Positions 7,350 through 16,735 of a stretch of 56,476 nt of DNA are shown here, piece by piece. The stretch comes from a virus. The notes under the pieces are model-generated. The model saw nothing but the letters and a program-made list of their open reading frames with translations, did not search any database and was not told the DNA's origin. The DNA lies in IMG/VR virus record IMGVR_UViG_3300045988_061017; one strand, written 5' to 3'. Position 1 is the first letter of the stretch, and each line of letters opens with the position of its first letter. The position numbers were made by a program, and so were the translations under genes.

Positions 7350-7619
7350 ATGGAAACAAATGAAATCATGAACAACGAAGAGGTTATGGACACAACAGAG
7401 GAAATCGTAAAGACAGCTTCCAAAGGTGGCTTCAGTAAGGTAGCAACTATCGGTGTGGCTATGATTGCAGGCGGTTTAGCTTACAAGTTCGTAGTAGCAC
7501 CAGCAGTTAGTAAACTGAAGGAAATGAAAGCGCGTAAAGGGTTTAGTGTTGTTGAAAATGAGACCACAGTTGAGGATGAAAACACTGAAACAGTTGATGA
7601 GAATGATTCTGAAAATTAA
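7350..7619 (+). CDS. small membrane protein with acidic termini
   Basis: 89-aa ATG ORF, RBS gaaaggag; TM 'VATIGVAMIAGGLAYKFVV'. Confidence 0.65.
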   Translation: METNEIMNNEEVMDTTEEIVKTASKGGFSKVATIGVAMIAGGLAYKFVVAPAVSKLKEMKARKGFSVVENETTVEDENTETVDENDSEN

Positions 7620-7642
7620 AGAATTATTATTCTGACAGGAGT

Positions 7643-7690
7643 GAGGGAGAGTACCTATAACAAGGTGCTTTCTCTCTTATTTTTTTATTA
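7643..7690 (+). terminator. Rho-independent terminator
   Basis: gagggagagtacc/ggtgctttctctc 13-bp stem (3 G-U) then ttattttttt. Confidence 0.8.
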
Positions 7691-7703
7691 TGGAGGTATT
7701 GTT

Positions 7704-7895
7704 ATGAACCAGTATGCTTATAATGGTCCAGTTATGGAATTTGGCAGGTGTATTGCCGATAATTGGGCGGGGTCTACATACGCGACATCTGAAAAGAAAG
7801 CAAAGAGTAATTTAGCGTATCAGTTTAAGAAAAATAATAACCGTATGCCAGCATCGAAAATTACTTTGCCTGGGGAGTTAATGGTTATCAATTAG
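7704..7895 (+). CDS. hypothetical protein (63 aa)
   Basis: ATG at 7704 after ggaggt; the track start 7641 lies inside the terminator. Confidence 0.55.
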   Translation: MNQYAYNGPVMEFGRCIADNWAGSTYATSEKKAKSNLAYQFKKNNNRMPASKITLPGELMVIN

Positions 7896-7905
7896 GAGGA
7901 AAAGA

Positions 7906-8508
7906 ATGGAAGAATACAAGTCCAACTCACATAAATCGAGAGAACGAGCGAAAGCTGAACTACCAGAAAAGAAGGTAGAAAAAATTGTATCCGGTTCTGT
8001 TAAGACAAAGAAAAAGAGCGGAATTAATAAACTTGCAGGGATATTTGTTCCAGAAGATGTAGATAACGTAAAAAGCTACATTTTCGAGGATATCGTTGTG
8101 CCTGCCGTGAAGGATATTATTCTCGATGCTGTTAAGGCGGTTCTTGGAGTTAAGAGCCCTAGTGGTAAAAGATCGTCCGCAAGCAAAGTATCTTATCGCA
8201 AATATTATGAAGACCCAGCACAGGGCAACAGAAGAAATTACAATTCACAGAGTTCTATTGGTGGTTGTGATTTCGATGATATTTACTTTGACACCAGAAC
8301 TGAGGCAGAAAATGTATTAGCTGCTATGGACGAAATCGTTGCAAGTTACAGAATTGTAAGTGTTGCGGACTATTTCGATTTGGTCGGTATTGACGGTCCG
8401 TGGACAGGAAATAACTACGGCTGGACTGATAATATCAGAAATGCAAGAATTATTAATACCAGAGATGGATATACTATCAAGTTTCCAAGAGCAAATCCAA
8501 TAGATTAG
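7906..8508 (+). CDS. hypothetical protein
   Basis: 200-aa ATG ORF, RBS aggagg; basic N-terminus. Confidence 0.65.
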   Translation: MEEYKSNSHKSRERAKAELPEKKVEKIVSGSVKTKKKSGINKLAGIFVPEDVDNVKSYIFEDIVVPAVKDIILDAVKAVLGVKSPSGKRSSASKVSYRKYYEDPAQGNRRNYNSQSSIGGCDFDDIYFDTRTEAENVLAAMDEIVASYRIVSVADYFDLVGIDGPWTGNNYGWTDNIRNARIINTRDGYTIKFPRANPID

Positions 8509-8518
8509 GAGGCAGATT

Positions 8519-8770
8519 ATGTACGAGTCAAAAGATGTTATGGTATCACATCCAGCTCATTATCAGAGTGAAACTGGATTAGAGGTAATTGATGTTATTG
8601 AGGCATTTACATTTGATTTGAAAGGTATTGAGGCTACTGACACTGGAAATGTACTCAAATATATGTGCCGTTGGAAAAATAAGAACGGCGTACAGGACTT
8701 AGAAAAAGCGAGATGGTATTTAGAGCATCTCATTGATCATGTAAAACTTTTAGAAGAGGAGAACAAATAA
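8519..8770 (+). CDS. DUF3310-like protein
   Basis: 83 aa; 'PAHYQ..GLEVIDVIEAF...GNVLKYMCRWKNKNG..DLEKARWYLEHLI' matches the remembered DUF3310 pattern. Confidence 0.6.
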   Translation: MYESKDVMVSHPAHYQSETGLEVIDVIEAFTFDLKGIEATDTGNVLKYMCRWKNKNGVQDLEKARWYLEHLIDHVKLLEEENK

Positions 8771-8772
8771 TC

Positions 8773-9690
8773 ATGAAAAAGAATGAAATTATTGCAAAAG
8801 TAACAACCGCTGTAAATACAGCAACTATTAAAGTAAAAAAGCATAGCCCGGAAATTCTTATCGTAGCCGGTGTTATTGGAACGGTTGCAAGTGCTGTTAT
8901 GGCTTGTAAAGCTACAACAAAATTAAGTACAGTGTTAGAAGAGCATAAAAAAGATGTGGATGCTGTACATGAATGCTCTGAAAATGAGGAAATCAAAGCG
9001 GATTATTCACAGGAAGATGCAAAGAAAGACTTAACTATCATTTACGCCCAGACAGGGGTAAAGCTTGTTAAGTTATATGCTCCGGCTATTGCATTAGGCG
9101 CATTATCACTTACAAGTATTGTGGCATCTAATAATATTCTCAGAAAGAGAAATGTAGCTTTGGCAGCAGCATATGCAACCGTCGATAAGTCTTTCAAGGA
9201 ATATCGTAGTCGTGTTGTTGAAAGATTTGGGGAACAGGTAGACAAGGAACTGAAATATGATATTAAGGCGAAGAAATTCGAGGAAACTGTAAAAGACCCG
9301 GAAACAGGTAAAGAGAAGAAAGTGAAATCTACTGTCAATGTGGCAAATGCAGACAGCGGATATGCAAGATTCTTTGATGAGACTTGCAATGGATATGAGA
9401 AAGATACACAGTACAATTTACTTATGTTACGCGGACAGCAGCAGTATGCAAATGATCTTTTACACGCTAGAGGATATGTGTTCTTAAATGACGTATACGA
9501 TATGCTTGGAATTGACAGAACTAAGGAAGGTCAGATTGTAGGCTGGGTATATAACAAGAACAATGAAGTTGGTGATAACTTCGTAGATTTTGGCATCTTA
9601 GAAACAAACAGAGAAACTGAAGACGGATCTTATGAGCCAGCAATTTTATTAGACTTCAACGTGGATGGTAATATATTAGATCTGATTTAA
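8773..9690 (+). CDS. 2-TM membrane protein, paralog family member 3
   Basis: 305 aa; 'HSPEILIVAGVIGTVASAVMACKAT...VALAAAYATVDKSFKEYRSR' parallels 4510 and 6480 proteins. Confidence 0.7.
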   Translation: MKKNEIIAKVTTAVNTATIKVKKHSPEILIVAGVIGTVASAVMACKATTKLSTVLEEHKKDVDAVHECSENEEIKADYSQEDAKKDLTIIYAQTGVKLVKLYAPAIALGALSLTSIVASNNILRKRNVALAAAYATVDKSFKEYRSRVVERFGEQVDKELKYDIKAKKFEETVKDPETGKEKKVKSTVNVANADSGYARFFDETCNGYEKDTQYNLLMLRGQQQYANDLLHARGYVFLNDVYDMLGIDRTKEGQIVGWVYNKNNEVGDNFVDFGILETNRETEDGSYEPAILLDFNVDGNILDLI

Positions 9691-9705
9691 ACGGAGAATT
9701 TGCAT

Positions 9706-10272
9706 ATGAAAAAAATAATTTGGATGATACTATTGGTAATCACCTGTTCTTTTTGTATAGCAGCATCGCCAATCACGACAAGTGAAGACGATAAAATTAC
9801 TGACAAAGTGGTAGTTGAGGTTATCAAAACTGAGGCGGTTGAAGAAGTATCATTTAGTCCGAAGGAGGAAGTAGTAGTACAAGAGCCTGCACCTCAAGAT
9901 GTTGTTTGTGAAATTGATACTGATATTTCAGACGATGATATTGAGTTAATAGCTCTTGTTACTATGGCTGAAGCTGAGGGAGAATGTGAAGAAGGCAAAC
10001 GATTAGTTATTGATACTATTTTAAATCGTGTTGATTCTATTTCTTTTCCGAATACAGTTTATGAAGTAGTTTATCAGCCAAGTCAGTTTTCTTCTATGTG
10101 GAATGGACGAGTCGACAGATGCTATATTGACGATTATATTTGTCAGCTTGTAGAGGAAGAACTTCGTAACCGAAAAAATTACGATGTCATATTCTTTACA
10201 GCTGATAAATATGGAAACTATGGAACACCTATGTTTCAGATTGGAAACCACTATTTTTCAAGTGGAGAATAG
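9706..10272 (+). CDS. secreted cell-wall hydrolase, SleB/CwlJ-like (Hydrolase_2)
   Basis: Signal peptide 'MKKIIWMILLVITCSFCIAA'; 'LIALVTMAEAEGE..GKRLVIDTILNRVDS..FPNTVYEVVYQPSQFS' is the SleB-type catalytic-domain signature. Confidence 0.75.
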   Translation: MKKIIWMILLVITCSFCIAASPITTSEDDKITDKVVVEVIKTEAVEEVSFSPKEEVVVQEPAPQDVVCEIDTDISDDDIELIALVTMAEAEGECEEGKRLVIDTILNRVDSISFPNTVYEVVYQPSQFSSMWNGRVDRCYIDDYICQLVEEELRNRKNYDVIFFTADKYGNYGTPMFQIGNHYFSSGE

Positions 10273-10286
10273 AAAGGAGAATTGTT

Positions 10287-10376
10287 ATGCATGTAGTAGG
10301 ATTAACATTATCAGCAGTTGCAGGAATTTGCTTTTGGAGTGGTCTGGCTGTTTTATTCGGTGGAAAGGAGCACTAA
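10287..10376 (+). CDS. very small membrane peptide (29 aa)
   Basis: ATG after gaaaggag; single TM 'VVGLTLSAVAGICFWSGLAVLF'; short, so tentative. Confidence 0.4.
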   Translation: MHVVGLTLSAVAGICFWSGLAVLFGGKEH

Positions 10377-10378
10377 TT

Positions 10379-10543
10379 ATGGAAGGAATTGGTAACTTCA
10401 TATCAATGATGGACTATATTCTTGATACCCATCGAAAAAGACATATTACAGGGGGCATTCTGTTGAGTGCCTCTTTACTTTTTGGCGGTTTAGCATTAAC
10501 CGTTATGACTATCAAGACAGAGGAGGATAACAATGAACAGTAA
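10379..10543 (+). CDS. small membrane protein (54 aa)
   Basis: ATG at 10379 after ggaaaggag; TM 'GGILLSASLLFGGLALTVM'. Track ORF 10184..10543 is an upstream extension overlapping the hydrolase gene. Confidence 0.5.
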   Translation: MEGIGNFISMMDYILDTHRKRHITGGILLSASLLFGGLALTVMTIKTEEDNNEQ

Positions 10544-11117
10544 AGTATCATTTATTTTAGGCACGATTATTGGTGCTGGAATTGGTGTAGCTGGTACATA
10601 TTCATACTTTAAAGATAAGTATGAGAAACTCGCAGAAAAAGACTTCAATTCAAGAAGAGTATTTGACGAGGATAAAAAAGACGAATCGGAAGAGCCTGTT
10701 GCTGAAAAAACTGCTGACAGTAGAACTGTAGACAAACCGAGTATTGCTGAATATGCAGCAAGATTACAGAAAGAAGGCTATGTAAACTATAGCGATATGC
10801 AAGATAAAAAACAGAAGCAGGAAATTGGTGTTGACAAACCATATGTTATACAGCCGTCAGATTTCGGAGAGTTTGACGATTACGAAAAAATCAGTCTCAC
10901 ATATACAGCTGACGGGGTGTTACTAGATGATATGAATGAAATTGTGGATGATATTGAAGAAACTGTTGGGGAAGATTCACTTGAGCATTTCGGAGAGTAT
11001 GAGGACGACTCAGTCTATGTGAGAAACGATGCTAAGAAATGCGATTATGAAATTCTGTTAGACCAGAGAAACTATCAGGAAATTTTTGAAACTCAGCCAC
11101 ATGGAACGGAGATGTAA
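10533..11117 (+). CDS. membrane-anchored acidic protein, hypothetical
   Basis: 194 aa, RBS gaggagg; N-terminal Gly-rich TM 'FILGTIIGAGIGVAG'. Confidence 0.65.
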   Translation: MNSKVSFILGTIIGAGIGVAGTYSYFKDKYEKLAEKDFNSRRVFDEDKKDESEEPVAEKTADSRTVDKPSIAEYAARLQKEGYVNYSDMQDKKQKQEIGVDKPYVIQPSDFGEFDDYEKISLTYTADGVLLDDMNEIVDDIEETVGEDSLEHFGEYEDDSVYVRNDAKKCDYEILLDQRNYQEIFETQPHGTEM

Positions 11118-11665
11118 TGACCAGAGACGAATTAAAATTTGATTATTTCGATTGGATGTATGGTCTGGTATGTGATACAAAATATCCGAAGAAATTATCA
11201 TATAGAAAGCTATTAAATTTTCTCCACAATATGGATTTCACATATCAGCTTACTATGGACAGCAATCGATTTGAGGACGGTATTGAACTACGTTATCGAT
11301 TTGGATACGAGAACGGATATGACTGCTCTGTTATAGCGAATTATCTGGATGATAGTCCATGTAGCGTATTGGAGATGCTAATAGCACTTTCAATTCGTTT
11401 AGAGGAACATATTATGGACGACCCAGAGATTGGCGACAGAACAGGACAATGGTTCTGGAATATGATTACTAATCTTGGGTTAGGCTCTATGGATGACAGA
11501 AAATTTAATGAGAATCGTGTTGAAGATATTATAACGAGATTTTTAGAAAGACAGTATGAGCCAGACGGGCAAGGTGGATTATTCACACTTGAAAATTGTC
11601 GCTATGATCTGAGAAAAGTTGAAATTTGGTATCAGGCATGTTGGTACCTTGACAGTATTACTTGA
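11117..11665 (+). CDS. hypothetical protein
   Basis: 182-aa ATG ORF coupled to the upstream stop (TAATG). Confidence 0.65.
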   Translation: MTRDELKFDYFDWMYGLVCDTKYPKKLSYRKLLNFLHNMDFTYQLTMDSNRFEDGIELRYRFGYENGYDCSVIANYLDDSPCSVLEMLIALSIRLEEHIMDDPEIGDRTGQWFWNMITNLGLGSMDDRKFNENRVEDIITRFLERQYEPDGQGGLFTLENCRYDLRKVEIWYQACWYLDSIT

Positions 11666-11686
11666 TTTGAAAGGAGATTACTTATT

Positions 11687-11920
11687 ATGAACGATTTTGT
11701 AAGTTATATTTTTAGAAATATGGATGCTACAGATAAGCATCTTGTACGCATTTACAAAGCACTGGTGCATCAGAACAAATTTAATAAGGCTGTGACATTA
11801 TTTAGTGTTGTTACAACTTTAAATTTATTTGCAATGCGTACTGATAGTAAAAAAATGCAACAGGAGATCGCAGCTTTGCGAAAAGAAATTGATGAGTTGA
11901 AGGAATCGGAAGGAGTATAA
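11687..11920 (+). CDS. hypothetical coiled-coil protein
   Basis: 77-aa ATG ORF, RBS gaaaggag. Confidence 0.6.
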   Translation: MNDFVSYIFRNMDATDKHLVRIYKALVHQNKFNKAVTLFSVVTTLNLFAMRTDSKKMQQEIAALRKEIDELKESEGV

Positions 11921-11924
11921 AAAT

Positions 11925-14900
11925 GTGATGTTGGATTTTATGGTGGTTTCAACGCGTAGTACAAAGCGCGGAACAATAGAAATCTATCCAAAGTTCCTTA
12001 TTAAAAAAAGCACAGACCTTATGATTCGAGGTGGTGATTTTTACGCTATCTGGATAGAAGAACGTGGTTTATGGTCTACAGACGAACAGGATGCTTTACA
12101 ACTTATAGACCGCGAACTGGATAGATATGCTGAGGAGAATCGCCAACGCTTTAACTCAGATATTAAAGTCCTGCATATGTGGGACGCTGAGAGCGGAATG
12201 ATTGACTCTTGGCATAAATACTGTCAGAAACAATTAAGAGACAGTTTTCATACGCTTGACGATAAACTTATATTTTCCAATACGGAAACGACAAAAAAAG
12301 ATTATGCAAGCAAGCGACTTAATTATCCTCTTGAAGATGGAGATTTAACAGCATACGAAAAACTGATTAGCACTTTATATTCTCCGGAAGAACGAATGAA
12401 GATAGAGTGGGCTATTGGTTCCATAGTATGTGGTGAGTCGCAGAAATTACAGAAATTTCTTGTACTATACGGAGCAGCTGGTACAGGTAAATCAACAATT
12501 TTAAATATTATTCAGCAGTTATTTGAGGGTTACTACTCAGTCTTTGATGCGAAAGCATTGGGGTCTAGTAGTAACTCTTTTGCGTTAGAGGCGTTTAAAA
12601 GTAATCCATTGGTGGCTATTCAGCACGACGGAGACTTATCAAGGATTGAGGATAACACAAGGCTTAACAGTTTGGTATCCCATGAGCTGATGACTGTAAA
12701 TGAGAAATTTAAGTCAACATATGCAAACCGCTTTAAATGTTTCTTATTTATGGGAACTAATAAACCGGTACGCATTACAGATGCTAAATCTGGTCTTATA
12801 AGACGACTGATTGATGTGTCTCCGTCTGGAAATAAACTTAATCCAAAGGAATACAAAACAATTGTGAAACAGGTCAGTTTTGAACTTGGAGCGATTGCGT
12901 ATCATTGCCAGGAAATATATTTGGATAATCCTGGAAGATACGATGATTATATTCCAATTTCAATGCTTGGTGCATCTAATGATTTTTACAACTTTATAGT
13001 TGATTCCTATTATGTGTTTAAAAAAGAAGATGGTACAACTCTTAAAGCGGCTTGGGAAATGTACAAGAATTACTGCGATGAAGCGAAAGTTGGTTATCCG
13101 TTATCAAGAAGGGCATTCCAGGAAGAATTGAAGAACTATTTCAAGGATTTTCAGGAGAGATTTAATTTTGATGACGGTTCGAGAGTACGAAGCTATTACA
13201 TAGGATTCAGGACAGATAAGTTCGAAAGTGATACTCAAACAAAGAAAAAAGAGACACCAAAAACTTATCAGATAGAGTTCAAAGAACAGGAGTCAATATT
13301 TGATTCTGTATGTGCGGATTGTCCAGCACAATACGCTTCGCAAAATGAAACCCCACAGCAGAAGTGGGAAAAAGTAAAAACGAAATTATCTGCTCTGGAT
13401 ACATCACAAATTCATTATGTGAAAGTTCCAGAAAATCACATTGTCGTAGATTTTGATATTCCGGATGAGACTGGAAATAAATCTTTTGAAAAGAATTTGG
13501 AAGCTGCTAGTAAGTTGCCACCGACTTATGCAGAACTGAGTAAAAGTGGTCAAGGGATACATCTTCATTATTTATATTCTGGAGACCCTTCTCAGCTAAG
13601 CAGAATCTACGATGACCATATAGAGGTAAAAGTATTTACTGGTAAAAGTTCATTAAGAAGAAAACTTACTAAATGCAATAATTTGCCAATAGCTACTATA
13701 TCCTCTGGGTTACCAATGAAAGGAGAAGACAAAATGGTAAATTTTGATGCCATAAAAAGCGAGAAAGGACTTAGAACACTTATAAAGAGAAATCTTAATA
13801 AGGAAATCCACCCAGGAACTAAGCCAAGTATCGATTTCATATACAAAATATTGGAGGATGCTCATAGTAGTGAACTCAAATATGATGTAACAGATATGCG
13901 TAATGCTGTATTAGCATTTGCAGCAAACAGCTCTCATCAGGCAGAGTATTGTATAAAGCTCGTTAATAAGATGCAGTTCAAATCGGAAGAAAATTCAAAT
14001 GCTGTAAAAAATGACGATGCAAAGTTGGTATTCTATGATATCGAGGTATTTCCGAACCTGTTTTTGGTCAACTGGAAAATAGAGGGCGAAGGAAAGCCTG
14101 TTGTCAGAATGATTAACCCGACACCAAGCGAAATAGAGGAATTGATACAGCTTAGATTGGTCGGATTTAACTGTCGACGATATGATAACCATATTATGTA
14201 TGCCAGATTGATGGGATATACAAATGAACAGCTGTTTAACTTATCACAAAAGATTATTAATAACAGTCCAAACTGTTTCTTCGGTGAAGCCTACAATATT
14301 TCTTTTACGGATGTGTATGATTTTTGCTCAAAGAAGCAGTCCCTTAAAAAATGGGAAATCGAATTGAGTAACAAGGCTAATGATCCACATTCAAAGATGG
14401 ACGATGAAGTCAGAGCATTATGTAAAAAGATAAAGCATCACGAGCTTGGACTTCCTTGGGATCAGCCTGTTCCAGAAGAACTTTGGACAAAAGTAGCTGA
14501 ATATTGCGATGATGATGTTATCGCCACAGAGGCTACATACAAAGCAAATCTTGGTGACTTTGTTGCTAGAGAAATTTTAGCAGAATTGGCTAATGGTTCA
14601 GTAAATGATACGACTAATAGCTTAACTACAAAATTTATATTTGGAAAGAACCGTAATCCTCAGAGTGAATTTATGTATAGGGATTTGTCTGAGCCGGTTA
14701 CAGAATTACCAGATGATGTATTAGCATTCTTAAAAGAAGCAAAGCCGGAGATGATGGCTGAACCATTTCACGGACCGAAAGGAGATAGCTTGTTACCATA
14801 TTTCCCAGACTACAGATTCGAGAACGGAAAATCCCTTTACAGAGGGGAAGAAGTTGGAGAAGGCGGAGAAGTGTGGGCAGCTCCTGGTATGTACGGACGT

Positions 14901-16163
14901 TCGGAAACAGAAGATGTTGGTTCGATGCACCCTAACTCAGCAATATCTGAGTGCTTATTTGGACCGGATTTCACAAAGAGGTTTAAAGATATCTTGGACA
15001 TTCGTATCTGTATCAAGCATGGTGATTTCGATATGGTACGAGATATGTTTGAAGGGGCATTGGCTAAATATCTCGATGATACTGGTAAAGCAAAGGCACT
15101 GGCTCAGGCATTGAAGATTGCGATTAATTCTGTATATGGATTAACGGCGGCGGGATTTATGAATGCCTTCAGAGACTCAAGGAATAAGGATAATATCGTA
15201 GCAAAGCGAGGTGCATTGTTTATGATTGACCTTAGACATGAAGTTGAAGCACAGGGATACAAAGTAATTCACATTAAGACGGACTCTATTAAGATTGAAA
15301 ATCCGGATGATTATATTCTTGATTTCATTTGCAAATATGGCAAACGCCACGGATATGAGTTCGAGGTAGAGCATATATTTGACAGGATTTGTCTAGTCAA
15401 CAATGCCGTATATGTTGCAAAATTGGCTGACGACGATCCAGAAAAACCAGGAACATGGACCGCTACAGGAACTCAGTTTCAGATTCCTTATGTATTTAAG
15501 TGTCTCTTTAGTAAAGAGGATATTAAATTCGAGGATATGTGTGAAACGAAGTCTGTAAGCGGTTCTTTATATTTGGACTTAAATGAAGCCTTACCGGATG
15601 TATCTCAATATGAAAAAGAATTTAGCAAGGCTGAGAGTGACTTCAAGAAAGGATTGTTATCTGATACGACATTTGAAAGCACTTGCCAGAGACTAAATCC
15701 GCTTATTGCGGAGGGGCATAATTATCGCTTTATTGGAAAAGTTGGACAGTTCTGTCCTATAAAAGACGGCTGTGGTGGCGGATTACTTATGCGTGAAAAA
15801 GACGGTAAGTATTATGCTGCAACAGGTACAAAGGGTTATAGATGGCTTGAATCTGAGATGGTCAGAGAACTGGATAAAATCGATGACATCGATAGGTCTT
15901 ACTATGACAAACTTGTAAATGAAGCAATTGATACTATTTCTGAGTATGGCGATTTTGAATGGTTTGTATCAGATGACCCATATATAACAGAAAAGAAGCA
16001 GGATACACCAAAACTTATGCCTTGCGGAGATGCTAAATATACAACTTGCTTTGACTGTCCGCACTTCAATGATGACACATATCATATGGATTGTGGAAAA
16101 AATTATGATATTTCGGAAGTGATTTCAAGTCAGGTGATGAATCCACCTGTAGAAACTAAATAA
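11925..16163 (+). CDS. Replicase fusion: SF3 (P4/D5-like) helicase + AEP primase-polymerase + family-B DNA polymerase with 3'-5' exonuclease
   Basis: SF3 helicase: Walker A 'GAAGTGKST', Walker B 'VAIQHDGD', motif C 'FMGTN'. AEP: 'VVDFDI' and 'SKSGQGIHLHYLY'. PolB: ExoI 'FYDIEVF', ExoII 'NCRRYDNHI', ExoIII 'YCDDDV', motif A 'DVGSMHPNS', motif B 'KIAINSVYG', motif C 'IKTDS'. Confidence 0.85.
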   Translation: MMLDFMVVSTRSTKRGTIEIYPKFLIKKSTDLMIRGGDFYAIWIEERGLWSTDEQDALQLIDRELDRYAEENRQRFNSDIKVLHMWDAESGMIDSWHKYCQKQLRDSFHTLDDKLIFSNTETTKKDYASKRLNYPLEDGDLTAYEKLISTLYSPEERMKIEWAIGSIVCGESQKLQKFLVLYGAAGTGKSTILNIIQQLFEGYYSVFDAKALGSSSNSFALEAFKSNPLVAIQHDGDLSRIEDNTRLNSLVSHELMTVNEKFKSTYANRFKCFLFMGTNKPVRITDAKSGLIRRLIDVSPSGNKLNPKEYKTIVKQVSFELGAIAYHCQEIYLDNPGRYDDYIPISMLGASNDFYNFIVDSYYVFKKEDGTTLKAAWEMYKNYCDEAKVGYPLSRRAFQEELKNYFKDFQERFNFDDGSRVRSYYIGFRTDKFESDTQTKKKETPKTYQIEFKEQESIFDSVCADCPAQYASQNETPQQKWEKVKTKLSALDTSQIHYVKVPENHIVVDFDIPDETGNKSFEKNLEAASKLPPTYAELSKSGQGIHLHYLYSGDPSQLSRIYDDHIEVKVFTGKSSLRRKLTKCNNLPIATISSGLPMKGEDKMVNFDAIKSEKGLRTLIKRNLNKEIHPGTKPSIDFIYKILEDAHSSELKYDVTDMRNAVLAFAANSSHQAEYCIKLVNKMQFKSEENSNAVKNDDAKLVFYDIEVFPNLFLVNWKIEGEGKPVVRMINPTPSEIEELIQLRLVGFNCRRYDNHIMYARLMGYTNEQLFNLSQKIINNSPNCFFGEAYNISFTDVYDFCSKKQSLKKWEIELSNKANDPHSKMDDEVRALCKKIKHHELGLPWDQPVPEELWTKVAEYCDDDVIATEATYKANLGDFVAREILAELANGSVNDTTNSLTTKFIFGKNRNPQSEFMYRDLSEPVTELPDDVLAFLKEAKPEMMAEPFHGPKGDSLLPYFPDYRFENGKSLYRGEEVGEGGEVWAAPGMYGRSETEDVGSMHPNSAISECLFGPDFTKRFKDILDIRICIKHGDFDMVRDMFEGALAKYLDDTGKAKALAQALKIAINSVYGLTAAGFMNAFRDSRNKDNIVAKRGALFMIDLRHEVEAQGYKVIHIKTDSIKIENPDDYILDFICKYGKRHGYEFEVEHIFDRICLVNNAVYVAKLADDDPEKPGTWTATGTQFQIPYVFKCLFSKEDIKFEDMCETKSVSGSLYLDLNEALPDVSQYEKEFSKAESDFKKGLLSDTTFESTCQRLNPLIAEGHNYRFIGKVGQFCPIKDGCGGGLLMREKDGKYYAATGTKGYRWLESEMVRELDKIDDIDRSYYDKLVNEAIDTISEYGDFEWFVSDDPYITEKKQDTPKLMPCGDAKYTTCFDCPHFNDDTYHMDCGKNYDISEVISSQVMNPPVETK

Positions 16164-16184
16164 CAATTAAAGGAGATTTTTATC

Positions 16185-16676
16185 ATGGCTAATAAAGCAG
16201 TAGGAAACATTAAAATTGAAGGCGCCCACATTATGTTTAGAAACTTCAGAGGAGAGGAGTCCAAGTACAATCGTGCTGGAGACAGAAACTTCTGTGTACT
16301 CATCGAAGATGACATGGATGTTGAGCAGTTATCAAATGACGGATGGAATGTAAGAATTCTTGAACCTAGAGATGATGGGGATGAGCCAAAACATTATATT
16401 CAGGTTGCTGTAAGTTACAAGAATATTCCACCAAAGATTTATATGGTTACTAGAAGAACAACTACTGAATTGGATGAGGATTCTATCAGCACATTGGATT
16501 TCGCTGAAATCAGTAATGTCGATTTGGTAATTAGACCATATTCTTGGGAAGTAAATGGGAAGACTGGAATCAAGGCATATGTAAAGACGATGTATGTAAC
16601 TATCGAAGAGGATGAGTTTGCTGAAAAATATGCAATGGAAGAAGCTCCGGTAGAGGATGAGGTTCCATTCTATTAA
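16185..16676 (+). CDS. putative ssDNA-binding protein
   Basis: 163 aa directly after the polymerase; acidic C-tail ending in an aromatic residue ('[12 protein letters not shown]'), typical of phage SSBs. Family assignment is from memory only. Confidence 0.45.
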   Translation: MANKAVGNIKIEGAHIMFRNFRGEESKYNRAGDRNFCVLIEDDMDVEQLSNDGWNVRILEPRDDGDEPKHYIQVAVSYKNIPPKIYMVTRRTTTELDEDSISTLDFAEISNVDLVIRPYSWEVNGKTGIKAYVKTMYVTIEEDEFAEKYAMEEAPVEDEVPFY

Positions 16677-16735
16677 AATCTGCGGGTGTCAGCTAATTAT
16701 GGTTGGCACCCATTTATATTTGAAAGGAGACACAT

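Noticed and set aside
8730-9416. Minus-strand ORFs 8730..8996 and 9042..9416
   Set aside because: They are antisense to the third 2-TM paralog gene, lack RBSs, and have hydrophobic low-complexity translations typical of antisense frames.
10184-10543. 119-aa track ORF
   Set aside because: Its 5' part overlaps the hydrolase gene. Two short ORFs with their own RBSs (10287..10376, 10379..10543) explain the region better.
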